This document shows, piece after piece, positions 48,860 to 59,529 of a DNA stretch of 64,000 bases (position 1 is the first letter of the stretch; each line of letters opens with the position of its first letter). A model generated the notes under the pieces. It saw only the letters and a program-made list of their open reading frames with translations. It did no database searches and had not been told where the DNA came from. Made by a program: the position numbers and the translations under genes. Origin of the DNA: Deltaproteobacteria bacterium (GTDB taxonomy: Bacteria > Myxococcota > Kuafuiibacteriia > Kuafuiibacteriales > Kuafuiibacteriaceae); the NCBI GenBank assembly GCA_040218735.1, contig JAVJQW010000047.1, positions 1 through 64,000 on the forward strand. The letters are read 5' to 3'.

Positions 48860-49600
48860 ATGATGGACATGGTCACGAAGCTGCTGGGGCCCTCGAGCCG
48901 AACCGAGAAGCCGCGAGGGCACGGGATCACGATCCTCCTCGACAAGGGCCTCGGCCCGAATGCCATCGACGACATCGGTACCGTCTGCGGCGCGCACTGT
49001 GACTACGCGAAGATCGCGTGGGGAAGCCTACTCATCTCGGGTGGCTTGGAAGCCAAGATCGCCGCGTACCGACGACACGGAATCGAACCCAAGATCGGTG
49101 GCACCCTCTTCGAGTACGCGTACGCCAACGGCAAGGTCGAGGACCTCCTCGTGCTCGTGCAGGAGTTGAAGATTCACGTCGAGATCTCCGACGGGGTCAT
49201 CAAGCTCCCACGTCAGGAGCGGCTCGCGCTCATCTCCAAGTTCGCCGCGCGGGTGAACGTCTTCTCGGAGCTGGGAGGCAAACTCTCGGCGCACGACCTC
49301 GACTTCGTCGCAGCGGCGAAGGAAGACCTCGCCGCTGGTGCAAAGAAGGTCGTCATCGAAGGCCGTGAAGTGGGTCCGGTCGGCAAACCCATCCGCACGG
49401 ATCTGGTCGACCGCCTCCTCGAAGCGTTGCCCGTCGAGGACATGGTCTTCGAATCACTCGAACGCCCCCAGCAGGTCTTCTTCATCAAACGCGTCGGCGC
49501 AAACGTGAACCTCGGGAACATCCTGCCGAAGGACCTCATGACGGTGGAGTGTTTCCGCCGCGGCCTGAAGGAACACACGTTCCTCGACAAGCCGGTCTGA
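48860..49600 (+). CDS. comA: phosphosulfolactate synthase
   Basis: KPRGHGITILLDKGLG, KIAWGS, GGTLFE, EISDG, IEGRE, NVNLGNI, ECFRRGL. Confidence 0.9.
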   Translation: MMDMVTKLLGPSSRTEKPRGHGITILLDKGLGPNAIDDIGTVCGAHCDYAKIAWGSLLISGGLEAKIAAYRRHGIEPKIGGTLFEYAYANGKVEDLLVLVQELKIHVEISDGVIKLPRQERLALISKFAARVNVFSELGGKLSAHDLDFVAAAKEDLAAGAKKVVIEGREVGPVGKPIRTDLVDRLLEALPVEDMVFESLERPQQVFFIKRVGANVNLGNILPKDLMTVECFRRGLKEHTFLDKPV

Positions 49601-49602
49601 CG

Positions 49603-50289
49603 ATGCACGTCGAGATCGTCCGCCCCCGCGACCTCGACGGTGAAGCCGACGTCGCGGTCGTGATCGACATCTTCCGCGCTACGAGCACCGCGACGACGCT
49701 GCTCGCGGAGCAGACGGACACGATGGCGATCGCAGCGACCCCGGCCGAAGTGCTCGCACACGGTGAAGCCGTCCCGCGCCCCCTGGTGTTCAGCGAGATC
49801 TCACAGCTCGACGTGCCGATGGACCGCGTCGACAACAGCCCCTCGGTGGCCAAGCAGCTGGAGCTCGCGGGCCGTACGCCCGTCCTCGTCACGACCAACG
49901 GCACTCGAACCGTCGACGCCGTCGCAGATCGCGTGAACACGATCCTGCTCGGGTCCTTCCTGAGCCTCTCCGCGCTGGTCCATCACCTTCGCTCGCTCGC
50001 GCCCAGACGGGTATTCGTGGTGCCCGCAGGGAGCTTCTCGCGCAATGCGAGCCACATCGAGGACGACCTCTGCGCCGAAGCCATCCGGACGCTCCTCGCC
50101 GACGGCGAACACGATCCCGAGGAGGTCGTCCGCGCCGTTCGCGCCTCCGAACGCTACGACCGCCGAGTCCGCGGCAACGCCAACTTCGAAGCCGACGCCG
50201 AGATCGCGCTGAGCCACGACATCTACACCGTGGTCCCCGTCGTCCGCCGCGAAAGCGGGTTGTTCTGGGCGACGCCGGCTACGACTTAG
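49603..50289 (+). CDS. comB: 2-phosphosulfolactate phosphatase
   Basis: VVIDIFRATST, NSPS, TTNGT, EDDLCA; directly after comA. Confidence 0.9.
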   Translation: MHVEIVRPRDLDGEADVAVVIDIFRATSTATTLLAEQTDTMAIAATPAEVLAHGEAVPRPLVFSEISQLDVPMDRVDNSPSVAKQLELAGRTPVLVTTNGTRTVDAVADRVNTILLGSFLSLSALVHHLRSLAPRRVFVVPAGSFSRNASHIEDDLCAEAIRTLLADGEHDPEEVVRAVRASERYDRRVRGNANFEADAEIALSHDIYTVVPVVRRESGLFWATPATT

Positions 50290-50656
50290 GTTTCCTGGAG
50301 ACGACCTGCATCCGCCAGCCGTCCGGATCCCGGAAGTTGGCGAGCGTACGGCCCGTGGGCTCGTAGAAGGTCGGCCCCGCCTCCAGCTTCAGTCCGTTGG
50401 CCTCCGCGTGCTCGGCGAAAGCGTCGGCGTCGTCGACCCGGTAGGCGATGTGATTCACACCGACGTTCTCTTCGCCCGCGACCTGGTGCAGCTCGATGAT
50501 GGGCTGGTCGCCGTCGCCGGGGAACTTCAGCTCCGCCGATGCGCCGTGGTGACTCGTCCGGCGAACCAGCTCGAACCCGAGCATCTGGTACCAAGCGATC
50601 TGCTGCTCCAGATCGCGCACGATGATTTCGATGTGATCGATTCCTAGGAATTTCAT
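50279..50656 (-). CDS. VOC/glyoxalase family protein
   Basis: IDHIEIIVRDLE, NHIAYRVDD, FRDPDGWRMQV. Confidence 0.85.
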   Translation of the reverse strand: MKFLGIDHIEIIVRDLEQQIAWYQMLGFELVRRTSHHGASAELKFPGDGDQPIIELHQVAGEENVGVNHIAYRVDDADAFAEHAEANGLKLEAGPTFYEPTGRTLANFRDPDGWRMQVVSRKPKS

Positions 50657-50675
50657 GAGTTCTCTTCCGTGATCT

Positions 50676-52526
50676 CTATCTGTGCCAGGCGCGGAGCCAG
50701 GAAGCGTATAGGTTCGGCGCTTCCTCGGCGCGCACGTCGTCGCGCTCGAAGAGCGGGCCATCCACGGTCCCGTCGGTGCGATCCACGATCCAACCACCCC
50801 GCGTGACCTGGGCGCCACGACGCCAGTCGACGCGCTTCACGAGTTTCTGCGGCACGGAGCGTACGACCGCGTGCAGCGCGGCGGCGTAGTCGGGCACCAC
50901 GACCTCCACGCCACGGTCAATCAACTCATCGACGAGCTCGTAGCGCGCGACCGCCGGGCCGATGACCACGCGAGAGACATCGTCCGGCACCTGCGCGTCG
51001 GGGTCATCGAGGACGAACGTCCCCGCCACCGCATCCGAAGAGAAGCCGTCGTGGAGGCGCCGCTGGAGCCCGGCCCTCGCAGACGCGAACCCACCCGGTC
51101 CGGGACCGGCCGCCGCGACGAGCGCCGAGACCACGACGTCGCCCCAATCGATCGGCCGAAGCTCGACGCCTTCGCGCCCGGCGATCTCCACTCGTACGCC
51201 GGGTGCGACGAAGACGTGGTCGAACGCGTATCCGCGATCGTCGAAGGTGATCTTCGCGACGCCGTCCGCCGCGACGATCGCATAAGCGGCGCCACCGGAG
51301 TGGAGCCACGTCGGCGTCCTCGCCGGCCACGCATCCTGCGGAACCACGATGACGTGCGGCACCGCGTGGTACTTCGCGACCATCGCCCGCGCCTGACGCG
51401 GCACCGTCGTGGGATCGATGGCAACGTTCGACGACGCCTCCGCGGCAAAGTTGTCGACCACCCGATCGAGCCCCTGCGCAGGCGGACGGTTCTTCACGTT
51501 ACCGAGCGCCTCCTCCACCGCCTCCTCCGGGATGCGCAGTCCTTCGAGACCGCCCATCGGTTCGGCGATGCGCGCGACCTCGGGGATGAGGGTGTCGACG
51601 TGCAGCTCGGCGTCGGCCGAAACCGCGTTGAGCTGCCGGAGAGTTCCGGAGTGCACCCGCGCGAGGCCCGTCTCGACGAACGTGGGATCGAAGCCTCGGC
51701 CGATCCACGGACGAACGATGTCGCGTCCGATCGCGTTCACCGCGCGCCGGTCGATCTGAGGTTCGAGACCAAGGCGCCCCTGCATGAGCGCGAGCAGGCG
51801 CTCGGTCTCGGCGTTGCCGGTGGCCCGCCCGAGGCCCTGCAGCGAGGCGTCGACGAGCGTCGCCCCCTCCTGGATAGCCGCGATGCTGTTCGCTGTCGCG
51901 AGGCCGAGGTTGTTGTGCCCGTGGAAGCCTACGCGCGCATCCGTCTTCGCGACGGCGGCCGCGACGTATCGTTTCACTTCGTCGGGCGTCCAACACCCTG
52001 CGGAGTCGACGAGGTAGACCCACGACGCTCCGGCCTCCGCCGCAGCGCGGCACTTGTCCGCCATCTGCTCGGGGGTTCGCAGGTAGCTCCGCATGAAGTT
52101 CACGCTGACGAGCAACCCACGCTTCGCCGCGTACTCGATCGACTTCATCGTCGCTTCGCGGTCGGGGATGCTCTTCGGCGTGCAGGCCATTCGGATGAAG
52201 TCGAGGCCATTGTCGATCGCCTCCTCGAAGATCTCTCTCAACACTGGCTCTTCGAAGACGTTCGCAGCGACGAGGGATCCGATCTTGGCGTTCGGCGCCG
52301 CGCGGCGTGCCGCGCGCATGTAGTCACCGTCGGTCTCGGCGGCGGGGACGCTCCCCGGCCACTGCTGTCCGCGAATGCCCCAGCCGTGTCCGATCTCGAT
52401 GTACTTGAGACCGGCCCGGTCGAGCAGACCGACGAGCAGCGCGAGGTCGGCCTTGGTGAATTGGAAGTCGACCTCGTAGCTGCCGTCACGAATCGTGGTC
52501 TCGAGTAGCTCCGCCTGCATGATCAA
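50676..52526 (-). CDS. DRE-TIM (4-hydroxy-2-oxovalerate aldolase-like) enzyme with long C-terminal extension
   Basis: TTIRDGSY, IEIGHG, YLVDSAG, GFHGHNNLGLA, GLGRATGN. Confidence 0.75.
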   Translation of the reverse strand: MIMQAELLETTIRDGSYEVDFQFTKADLALLVGLLDRAGLKYIEIGHGWGIRGQQWPGSVPAAETDGDYMRAARRAAPNAKIGSLVAANVFEEPVLREIFEEAIDNGLDFIRMACTPKSIPDREATMKSIEYAAKRGLLVSVNFMRSYLRTPEQMADKCRAAAEAGASWVYLVDSAGCWTPDEVKRYVAAAVAKTDARVGFHGHNNLGLATANSIAAIQEGATLVDASLQGLGRATGNAETERLLALMQGRLGLEPQIDRRAVNAIGRDIVRPWIGRGFDPTFVETGLARVHSGTLRQLNAVSADAELHVDTLIPEVARIAEPMGGLEGLRIPEEAVEEALGNVKNRPPAQGLDRVVDNFAAEASSNVAIDPTTVPRQARAMVAKYHAVPHVIVVPQDAWPARTPTWLHSGGAAYAIVAADGVAKITFDDRGYAFDHVFVAPGVRVEIAGREGVELRPIDWGDVVVSALVAAAGPGPGGFASARAGLQRRLHDGFSSDAVAGTFVLDDPDAQVPDDVSRVVIGPAVARYELVDELIDRGVEVVVPDYAAALHAVVRSVPQKLVKRVDWRRGAQVTRGGWIVDRTDGTVDGPLFERDDVRAEEAPNLYASWLRAWHR

Positions 52527-52531
52527 TCTTC

Positions 52532-53722
52532 CTATTGGCCGGCCGCCTCGCGAATCCAGGCGACGACCATCTCATCGGTCAGCAGGCCTTGCTTCGCTTC
52601 GGACTCCGTCTTGATTCGCGCCAGGACGTCGTTGCGCGCCGACGGAGACAGCTCCAGACCGACCTCCTTGGCCGCGAAGTCCACCGAGCTTCCGCCCGAG
52701 TGTTTGCCGAACACCAACTCATGGTGCCGCCCGATCATCGGCGGCGGGTACGGCTGATAACACTCCGGGTTCTTGAGGAGCCCGGAGATGTGAATGCCCG
52801 ACTCGTGGGTGAAACACAGCTTGCCCCCGACGGGTTTGTGCGCCGGCGGCTCGGTCCCCGAAGCGCGATGTACGGCGTTGCACAGGTCATGCAGCTTCGA
52901 GAGATCGATACCGGTGTCGAGCCCGTACTTGACGTGCAGCGCAACCACCAGCTCCTCGAGGCACGCGTTCCCGGTGCGCTCGCCAACGCCGTTGACGGTG
53001 ACCTGCGCCATCTTCGCTCCCGACTCCAGCGCCGCCAGCGTGTTCGCGAGCGCGAGGCCGAGGTCGTTGTGGAAGTGTGTGCCGATCGGAACGTCGAAGA
53101 GCGCGGTGAAGATCTCCACGATCTTCGTCGTCGCGGTGGGCGTGAGTATGCCGACGGTGTCGGCGAATACGAGGTAGTCGACGCCCGCATCGACCCCCGC
53201 CTGGAACAGCTTGATGATTCGACCGAGCGGCGCTCGGGAGCTGTCCTCGAGCCCGAGCGAAACGAGGGCGCCCTGCTCCTTGGCCTTCCGCACGCCCGCT
53301 TGAATTCGCTCGACCGCTTGCTCCTCGGTCCAACGCGTCTTCTCGAAGAGGTGCGTGTCCGAGCAGCCGAGGAACAGCGCGACGAGGTCCACGCCGGACT
53401 CCACCGTCTTCTCGATGTCGGCGTCGAGCATGCGACACAGGCCAGCGAGCTTGATGTCGAGCCCGGCCTTCGCGAGCCGGTTCACGCTGCTGAACTCATG
53501 CGGTGAAGCCGCGGGGAACCCAGCGTTCGTCCACGGGATACCCATCTCGGACATCATCGTCGCGAGCTCGAACTTCTCATCCGAGTTGAAGACGACACCC
53601 GGCGGCTGCTCGCCTTCGCGGAGCGTGTTGTCGTAGATGATCACGTCGCTCGCGATCGGCTTCGAGAACGCACGAGTGAGTACGTTCGCGGAGGAATCGG
53701 ACGGTCGCATGGGGATCTTCAT
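52532..53722 (-). CDS. homocitrate synthase-like acetyl-CoA:2-oxoacid condensing enzyme
   Basis: DNTLREGEQPPG, ADTVG, HFHNDLGLA, GVGERTGN, HESGIH, GKHSG; 396 aa, no LeuA regulatory domain. Confidence 0.85.
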   Translation of the reverse strand: MKIPMRPSDSSANVLTRAFSKPIASDVIIYDNTLREGEQPPGVVFNSDEKFELATMMSEMGIPWTNAGFPAASPHEFSSVNRLAKAGLDIKLAGLCRMLDADIEKTVESGVDLVALFLGCSDTHLFEKTRWTEEQAVERIQAGVRKAKEQGALVSLGLEDSSRAPLGRIIKLFQAGVDAGVDYLVFADTVGILTPTATTKIVEIFTALFDVPIGTHFHNDLGLALANTLAALESGAKMAQVTVNGVGERTGNACLEELVVALHVKYGLDTGIDLSKLHDLCNAVHRASGTEPPAHKPVGGKLCFTHESGIHISGLLKNPECYQPYPPPMIGRHHELVFGKHSGGSSVDFAAKEVGLELSPSARNDVLARIKTESEAKQGLLTDEMVVAWIREAAGQ

Positions 53723-54834
53723 CGGCCTGCCTCCAACCGTCCGACGACGGCGTTGGTGATCTCGACGGTCTTTGCGTCGCCACCCATGTCGCGAGGCTTC
53801 ACCTCCTGGAGCGCCCCGAGGAGCGCATCGATCAGGCGCGAGGCCTCCGCCGAGTAGCCGAGGTAACCCAACATCATCGAAGCCGAGAGGATCGCCGCCG
53901 CCGGGTTCGCGATGCCCTGACCCACGATATCCGGCGCGCTGCCGTGACAAGGTTCGAAGTAGACGACCTTCTCGCCGACGCCCGCGCTCGGCACGAGCGG
54001 CATCCCACCCATGACCTCCGACGCAACGTCGGAGAGGATGTCGCCGAACATGTTCATCGTGACGACGACGTCGAAGCTGTAGGGGCACGCGACCATGCGC
54101 CGCGCAGCCTCGTCGACGAACAACTCATCATAGGTCAGGCCCTGCGCTTCGATCTCCGGGATGCACTTGTCCGCGAAGAACCCACCCACCGTCTTGAGCA
54201 CGTTTCGCTTGTGGACGATCGTCACGTGACCGCGGCCGATGCCGAGCGTTTGGCGGTGTTTCGCGAGGCGCGCGGCGTAGCGCGCGATGCGCGTCGCCGC
54301 GCTCGCCGTACAGATGCGGATCGCGTAGACGCCGTCGTCCTCCGGCAGCGGGCGGCCGAGCGCGTCCTTAGAGTCCGGGTAACGCTCGCGGAGCTCCGCA
54401 AGCGAACCCTCGCGGCCCGGGTACATACCTTCCGTGAGCTCGCGAACGATGACGAGATCCGTGCGCCCCTCCCCCGTGATGCTGTCGATCCCGGGCAGAC
54501 TCGCGGACGGGCGGAGGTTCGCGTAGCACTGGCAGTGATAGCGGATGAAGCGCAGGATCTCGCGCGACTTCGCCTGCACGGCGCCGAACAACACCGCGTC
54601 GGATTCGACGATGTCGGTCTTCACTCGTTCGGGGAACGCGTCGCCGATCTCTTGCTCACCACGCTCCCCGTGGAGCGGCTCGCGAACTTCACAGTCCAGG
54701 CCGGTCGCACGGACACACGCGAGCGCGGACGCGGTGACCTCTGGCCCCACGCCGTCGCCGCCGATCACGGTGATGATCGGGCGCGCGGGTCGCTCGTCGA
54801 TCGGAACGATCCATCGCTCGGGTCCGAGTTTCAT
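53719..54834 (-). CDS. isocitrate/isopropylmalate dehydrogenase family protein
   Basis: GDGVGPEV, ANLRP, IVRELTEGMY, HKRNVL, NMFGDILSD, FEPCHGSAPDI, ANPAAAILS. Confidence 0.9.
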   Translation of the reverse strand: MKLGPERWIVPIDERPARPIITVIGGDGVGPEVTASALACVRATGLDCEVREPLHGERGEQEIGDAFPERVKTDIVESDAVLFGAVQAKSREILRFIRYHCQCYANLRPSASLPGIDSITGEGRTDLVIVRELTEGMYPGREGSLAELRERYPDSKDALGRPLPEDDGVYAIRICTASAATRIARYAARLAKHRQTLGIGRGHVTIVHKRNVLKTVGGFFADKCIPEIEAQGLTYDELFVDEAARRMVACPYSFDVVVTMNMFGDILSDVASEVMGGMPLVPSAGVGEKVVYFEPCHGSAPDIVGQGIANPAAAILSASMMLGYLGYSAEASRLIDALLGALQEVKPRDMGGDAKTVEITNAVVGRLEAGR

Positions 54835-55481
54835 CGCGCCGCCTCCTCGCGATCCAAGGCCCACGGGCGCGCCTTCTTCGCGTTTGCCTCGTAGTCGGCG
54901 ATCTCGTCTGCGTACTGCAGCGTGAGCGCGACGTCGTCGAGCCCGTTCACCAGGCAGTGCTTTCGGAAGTCATCGATCTCGAAGGTGTGCTTCGCGCCGT
55001 CCGGCGCCGTCACGGTTTGGTTCGGCAGGTCCACGTGCACGGTCGCGCCCGGGGAGGCTTCGAGCTGGGCCCGCAACCCGTCGCAGACCTCCTTCGCGAG
55101 GCGCACGGCGAGCACGCCGTTCTTCGAGCAGTTGTTGTAGAAGATGTCGCCGAAGCTCGGCGCGATCACACAACGGAAGCCGACGTGGACGGGTGCGCTC
55201 GTCGTGTCCGCGAGCGCCCACACCGCACTCTCGCGCGACGACCCGCACCCGAAGTTCGTGTCCGCCACGATGATGCGCGCTTCACGGAACGGCGCTTGGT
55301 TGAGCGGGAACTCGGGGCGTTCGTTCCCGGCGTCGTCGTAGCGCATGTCGTGGAACGCAAACTTACCGAGCCCGAACGAGCGCGGCTTGCTCAGGAAACG
55401 CGCGGGAATGATGCGGTCGGTGTCGACGTCGCGGAACCCGAGCGGCGCGGCGACGGCCTCGAGGACTTCGAACTTCTCCAT
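54831..55481 (-). CDS. leuD: 3-isopropylmalate dehydratase small subunit
   Basis: DVDTDRIIPARFL, NFGCGSSRE, SFGDIFYNN, GLDDVALTL. Confidence 0.9.
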   Translation of the reverse strand: MEKFEVLEAVAAPLGFRDVDTDRIIPARFLSKPRSFGLGKFAFHDMRYDDAGNERPEFPLNQAPFREARIIVADTNFGCGSSRESAVWALADTTSAPVHVGFRCVIAPSFGDIFYNNCSKNGVLAVRLAKEVCDGLRAQLEASPGATVHVDLPNQTVTAPDGAKHTFEIDDFRKHCLVNGLDDVALTLQYADEIADYEANAKKARPWALDREEAAR

Positions 55482-55485
55482 GGTC

Positions 55486-56898
55486 TCAGCTCCTCTCCAT
55501 GCCGCGGACGTCCGTCAGGCGCCCGGTGACCGCGGCGGCCGCGGCCATGATCGGGCTGACGAGATGCGTGCGGCCTCCCTTGCCCTGTCGCCCCTCGAAG
55601 TTGCGGTTCGAGGTGGAAGCGCAACGCTCGCCCGCGGAGATCGTGTCGCCGTTGAGGCCGAGACACATCGAACATCCGGAGTCGCGCCACTCGAAACCCG
55701 CCTCCACGAAGACGCGGTCGATACCCTCCGCTTCCGCGGCGACGCGCACGAGCTCGGAGCCCGGGACGATCATCGCGGGGATCCGAGCCTTCTTGCCCTT
55801 CACGATCGAAGCGGCAGCGCGCAGGTCTTCGATACGACCGTTCGTGCAGCTCCCTATGAAGACGCGGTCGACCTTCACATCGGTCAGCGCCGTCCCCGGC
55901 TCGAGACCCATGTAGTCGAGGGCGCGCTGCATTCGCGCGCGGACGCTCGGGTCGTCGGAGCTCGCCGGGTCCGGCACCTTCTCGTCGATGCCGACCGTGT
56001 CCTCGGGGCTCGTCCCCCAAGTCACCGACGGTGCAAGTGAGCTTGCATCGAGCGCGACCTCGCGATCGAACTTCGCGCCTTCGTCGGAGTAGAGCTTCCG
56101 CCACTGGGCGACCGCTGCGTCCCACTGGTCCGGCCCGGGCGCGTACGGACGACCGCGCACGTACTCGAACGTCTTGTCGTCGGGCGCGACCATCCCCATT
56201 CGGCCGCCGCCTTCGATGGTCATGTTGCAGATCGTCATCCGCGCCTCCATCGAGAGCGATCGGATAGTGCTACCCGCGAACTCGATCGCGTGACCCACGC
56301 CTCCCGTCGCGCCGATGTGGCGAATCAAGGCGAGCACGACATCCTTGCCACCGACACCGAACGGGAGGTCGCCGTCGATCGTGATGCGCATGGTGTTGGG
56401 GCGGCGTTGCCACAGCGTTTGCGTGGCGAGCACGTGCCCGACCTCCGACGCGCCGATACCGAACGCGATGGCCCCGAACGCGCCGTGGGTCGACGTGTGT
56501 GAGTCGCCGCAGACGACGGTCATCCCCGGGAGCGTGAGGCCCTGCTCGGGTCCGACCACGTGGACGATGCCCTGGTCGGGGTCGTTCATCCCGAACAAAC
56601 GAATGCCGTGCGCCTTGGAGTTCTCGTGGAGCGCCTCCACCTTCTTGCGGCGGTCGACGTCCGTGATCGTCGAGAGGCCGGCCGCGCGACCCGTGGTGGG
56701 TACGAAGTGGTCCGCGCAGGAGAACGTCTGCTTCGGACGCGCCACCGGACGGTGTGCGACCGCGAGATCCTCGAAGGCGTGGGAGGAACCTTCGTGCAGG
56801 AGGTGGCAGTCGATGTAGAGCAGCGACGCTCCGTCGTCACGGGTCGTGATGACGTGGGCGTTCCACAGCTTCTCGAAGAGTGTCTTCGGTGTCGTCAT
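55486..56898 (-). CDS. leuC: 3-isopropylmalate dehydratase large subunit
   Basis: [54 protein letters not shown]. Confidence 0.92.
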   Translation of the reverse strand: MTTPKTLFEKLWNAHVITTRDDGASLLYIDCHLLHEGSSHAFEDLAVAHRPVARPKQTFSCADHFVPTTGRAAGLSTITDVDRRKKVEALHENSKAHGIRLFGMNDPDQGIVHVVGPEQGLTLPGMTVVCGDSHTSTHGAFGAIAFGIGASEVGHVLATQTLWQRRPNTMRITIDGDLPFGVGGKDVVLALIRHIGATGGVGHAIEFAGSTIRSLSMEARMTICNMTIEGGGRMGMVAPDDKTFEYVRGRPYAPGPDQWDAAVAQWRKLYSDEGAKFDREVALDASSLAPSVTWGTSPEDTVGIDEKVPDPASSDDPSVRARMQRALDYMGLEPGTALTDVKVDRVFIGSCTNGRIEDLRAAASIVKGKKARIPAMIVPGSELVRVAAEAEGIDRVFVEAGFEWRDSGCSMCLGLNGDTISAGERCASTSNRNFEGRQGKGGRTHLVSPIMAAAAAVTGRLTDVRGMERS

Positions 56899-56900
56899 GT

Positions 56901-58211
56901 TCAGTTCGCCTCCAGCTCGTGCAGCGTGGACTCGATGGCGTCGAGGCCCTCGTCCAGCTCGTCCGTCGTGATGCAGAGCGGCGGCACCACGAAGAGATTC
57001 GACCAGCGCATCAGCGCGTAGACCCCGCGCTTCTTCAGTCCGCCGACGACCGACTTGGCGGCGGCGCTCAGCGGAGCGCCGACCGGTGACAACGGTGCGT
57101 CGGCCTCGGGATCCTTCAACTCGATCGCGGCGAAGAGCCCCCTGCGGCGTAGCTCGCGGATCGAAGGATGATCGCGTTTCATCGCGTCGACGCGAGCCTC
57201 GAGGTGGTCGCCGACCCTCGCTGCGTTATCCGCGAGCCGTTCGTCGACGATGACTTCCACGTTTGCCTTGGCCACGCCGAGGCAGTACGCGTGCGCGTTG
57301 TAGGTGAGGCCACCCCAGTAGACGTGATCGTCGAAGTGGCGCGCGATGCGTTCGTGAATCGCGACCCCGCCGAGCGGTACGTAGGAGCTCGTGAGGCCCT
57401 TCGCCATCGTGACGAGGTCGGGGACGAAACCTTCGTGCTCGAACGCGAACATCTTCCCGGTGCGCCCGAAGCCGGTCATGACTTCGTCGCAGATCATCAG
57501 GATGCCGTGGCGCTCCAACAGCGCCTTGACCTTCGCAAGGTAGCCGGTCGGCGGCGGAAGTATCCCGTTGGAGCCGGGCACGACCTCGACGATCATCGCG
57601 GCGAAGGTGTTCGGGCCCGCGTTCTCGATCGTGGTCTCCAGCGCGGAGACCGCGCGGTCCACGTAGTCATCGGGTGTACCGCCCGACTCGAAAGAGAGTG
57701 ACCAAGGATCGTCGACGTGCACGACACCGGGCAGCGGCGGTACCCGTTCCCTTCGACTGTCGCCGCTGATCGCGAGCATCCGATGCGTCGCACCGTGGTA
57801 GCTGCGATGACGCGCGAGGATCTTCTGGCGCCCCGTGAACTGGTGCGCCATGCGAATCGCGTTTTCGTTGGCGTCGGCACCCGCGAGCGTGAAGAAGAAG
57901 GTGCCCAGCTCCTCGGGGAGGAGAGTGGCGAGCAGCTCCGAGAGCTCCGCGCGTTGCCGAGTCACCGCGCTCGGCGCGCAATAGACGAGGTCGTTGGTCG
58001 CGGCCCGCATCGCCGCGAGCACGCGCGGGTGTGCGTGCCCGATGTGGACACTCATGAGTTGGCTGTTGAGATCGAGGTACCGCTTTCCGTCTGCGGTCGT
58101 GAAATGCACGCCCTCCGCCCGCTCGATCACCATCGGGTCCAGCGCGCCGCGCGCCGACCAGGAGAACAGCGTTCGCTGCTTGCAGACGTCGCGTATGGCT
58201 TCGGGCGTCAT
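56901..58211 (-). CDS. class III PLP aminotransferase (omega-amino acid/taurine-type)
   Basis: [54 protein letters not shown]. Confidence 0.88.
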   Translation of the reverse strand: MTPEAIRDVCKQRTLFSWSARGALDPMVIERAEGVHFTTADGKRYLDLNSQLMSVHIGHAHPRVLAAMRAATNDLVYCAPSAVTRQRAELSELLATLLPEELGTFFFTLAGADANENAIRMAHQFTGRQKILARHRSYHGATHRMLAISGDSRRERVPPLPGVVHVDDPWSLSFESGGTPDDYVDRAVSALETTIENAGPNTFAAMIVEVVPGSNGILPPPTGYLAKVKALLERHGILMICDEVMTGFGRTGKMFAFEHEGFVPDLVTMAKGLTSSYVPLGGVAIHERIARHFDDHVYWGGLTYNAHAYCLGVAKANVEVIVDERLADNAARVGDHLEARVDAMKRDHPSIRELRRRGLFAAIELKDPEADAPLSPVGAPLSAAAKSVVGGLKKRGVYALMRWSNLFVVPPLCITTDELDEGLDAIESTLHELEAN

Positions 58212-58939
58212 TCACCCTCCGGCGTGATGCGGCCCTCGACGTACCCACGAACCCATCCGGCCATCGTGCGTACGGCTTCGGTCTTCGACGCCAGGACGTG
58301 CCACCGATCGACGGGCGCGTTGGTGTCCATGCGGCGCCCGACGACCATCCGCTCCACGCCGCAGAACCGCTGCACCGTGGCGGCGTTCGTGCCGGTGGTG
58401 GGATCCGCGTCCTCCACGACGCTCATGCAGACGCCGAGCGTCCGAACGCCTTCGAGCTTCGCGGCGGCGAGCGCCATGATGGCGAGCGTCGCGCCCTGGG
58501 CGTGATCGCGCCCGAGCAACAAGAGCGGCGCGTTCAGGCTCGTCGCGATGGCGAGGTTGGAGTGCTGCCAGGTCAGCGGCGTCGTCACGCCGCCGGCGCC
58601 CTCGACGAGGACGACGTCGGCTTCGTCGGCGGCGCGTTCCATGTCGCCGATCATCTGTGACCAGTCGATCTCGATGCCCTCGACTTGTGCGGCCATCGCA
58701 GGGGAGAGGGACGAACGGAGACGGACGAGCGCTCGCGGCGGCCAGGTTTGCCCCGTCGCAGCGGCGATGAGCTCACCATCCTCTTGGCCCTCGGGGGAAC
58801 GGTCGCACCATCCCTCCACCGCTTTGATCGCGATGACCTTCAGGCCGTCATCGATGAGCGCGCGCGCCAGCGCTCGGATGAGCAACGTCTTTCCGACGTT
58901 CATCCCGGTGCCGCCGATGAAGACGTGTTTCTTGCCCAT
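58208..58939 (-). CDS. bioD: dethiobiotin synthase-like ATP-dependent ligase
   Basis: FIGGTGMNVGKT, SPAMAA, VLVEGAGG. Confidence 0.75.
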   Translation of the reverse strand: MGKKHVFIGGTGMNVGKTLLIRALARALIDDGLKVIAIKAVEGWCDRSPEGQEDGELIAAATGQTWPPRALVRLRSSLSPAMAAQVEGIEIDWSQMIGDMERAADEADVVLVEGAGGVTTPLTWQHSNLAIATSLNAPLLLLGRDHAQGATLAIMALAAAKLEGVRTLGVCMSVVEDADPTTGTNAATVQRFCGVERMVVGRRMDTNAPVDRWHVLASKTEAVRTMAGWVRGYVEGRITPEGE

Positions 58940-58944
58940 GACGC

Positions 58945-59529
58945 TCAGCCCTCCTCGGGGGCGTCGGCGAGCGCCTGCCGAACGTCTGCGCACGACTTGA
59001 AGAGGTGCGGCATCGCCTCGTCAGGGTTGTAGTCGCTGATGATCGGGTGGGTTCGAAGTGTTCCGAATACCGGTCCGGGTTGGGCGATGAGCTCGGGGAA
59101 GCGACCGGCGAACGTGTCGAGATCGTCGAAGTCCTCGGCGACCGAAAAACCGCAGCCCTTGGCGATGGTGGAGAAGGACAAGCCGCCCCGGTTGGGGATG
59201 GGTTGTCCGCCCGTGCCCGCGTAGACGCCGTTCTCGAGTACGAACACGTAGAGGTTCTGCACGCCGCTCCCGACGATCGTCACGAGGCTGCCGAGGTTCA
59301 TCAGGAGGCTGCCGTCCCCATCGAAAACGATGACCTTGCGATCGGGGCGCCCGAGCGCGATGCCGAGTCCGAGGGAGGTGCCCTTGCCCATCGCGCCGCG
59401 GAAGAGGATGTCGAGCTCGGGCCGCTGGCTCACATCGAACCAGGGTTGGCGTGCGGTCTGGCAGGGGATGACGACGGCGTCGCCGCGGTAGCGCTCGACG
59501 ACCTCGAAGGCCGCGCTGACTTCCATCAT
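58945..59529 (-). CDS. comE: sulfopyruvate decarboxylase beta subunit-like (ThDP-binding)
   Basis: GAMGKGTSLGLGIAL, DGDGSLLMNLGSL, ENGVYAGTGGQP. Confidence 0.8.
   Translation of the reverse strand: MMEVSAAFEVVERYRGDAVVIPCQTARQPWFDVSQRPELDILFRGAMGKGTSLGLGIALGRPDRKVIVFDGDGSLLMNLGSLVTIVGSGVQNLYVFVLENGVYAGTGGQPIPNRGGLSFSTIAKGCGFSVAEDFDDLDTFAGRFPELIAQPGPVFGTLRTHPIISDYNPDEAMPHLFKSCADVRQALADAPEEG

Noticed and set aside
52532-56898. Ordinary leucine operon
   Set aside because: The synthase lacks the LeuA regulatory domain, the dehydrogenase is not typical LeuB, and the genes sit among comDE/bioD-like genes. Not fully excluded without the rest of the genome.
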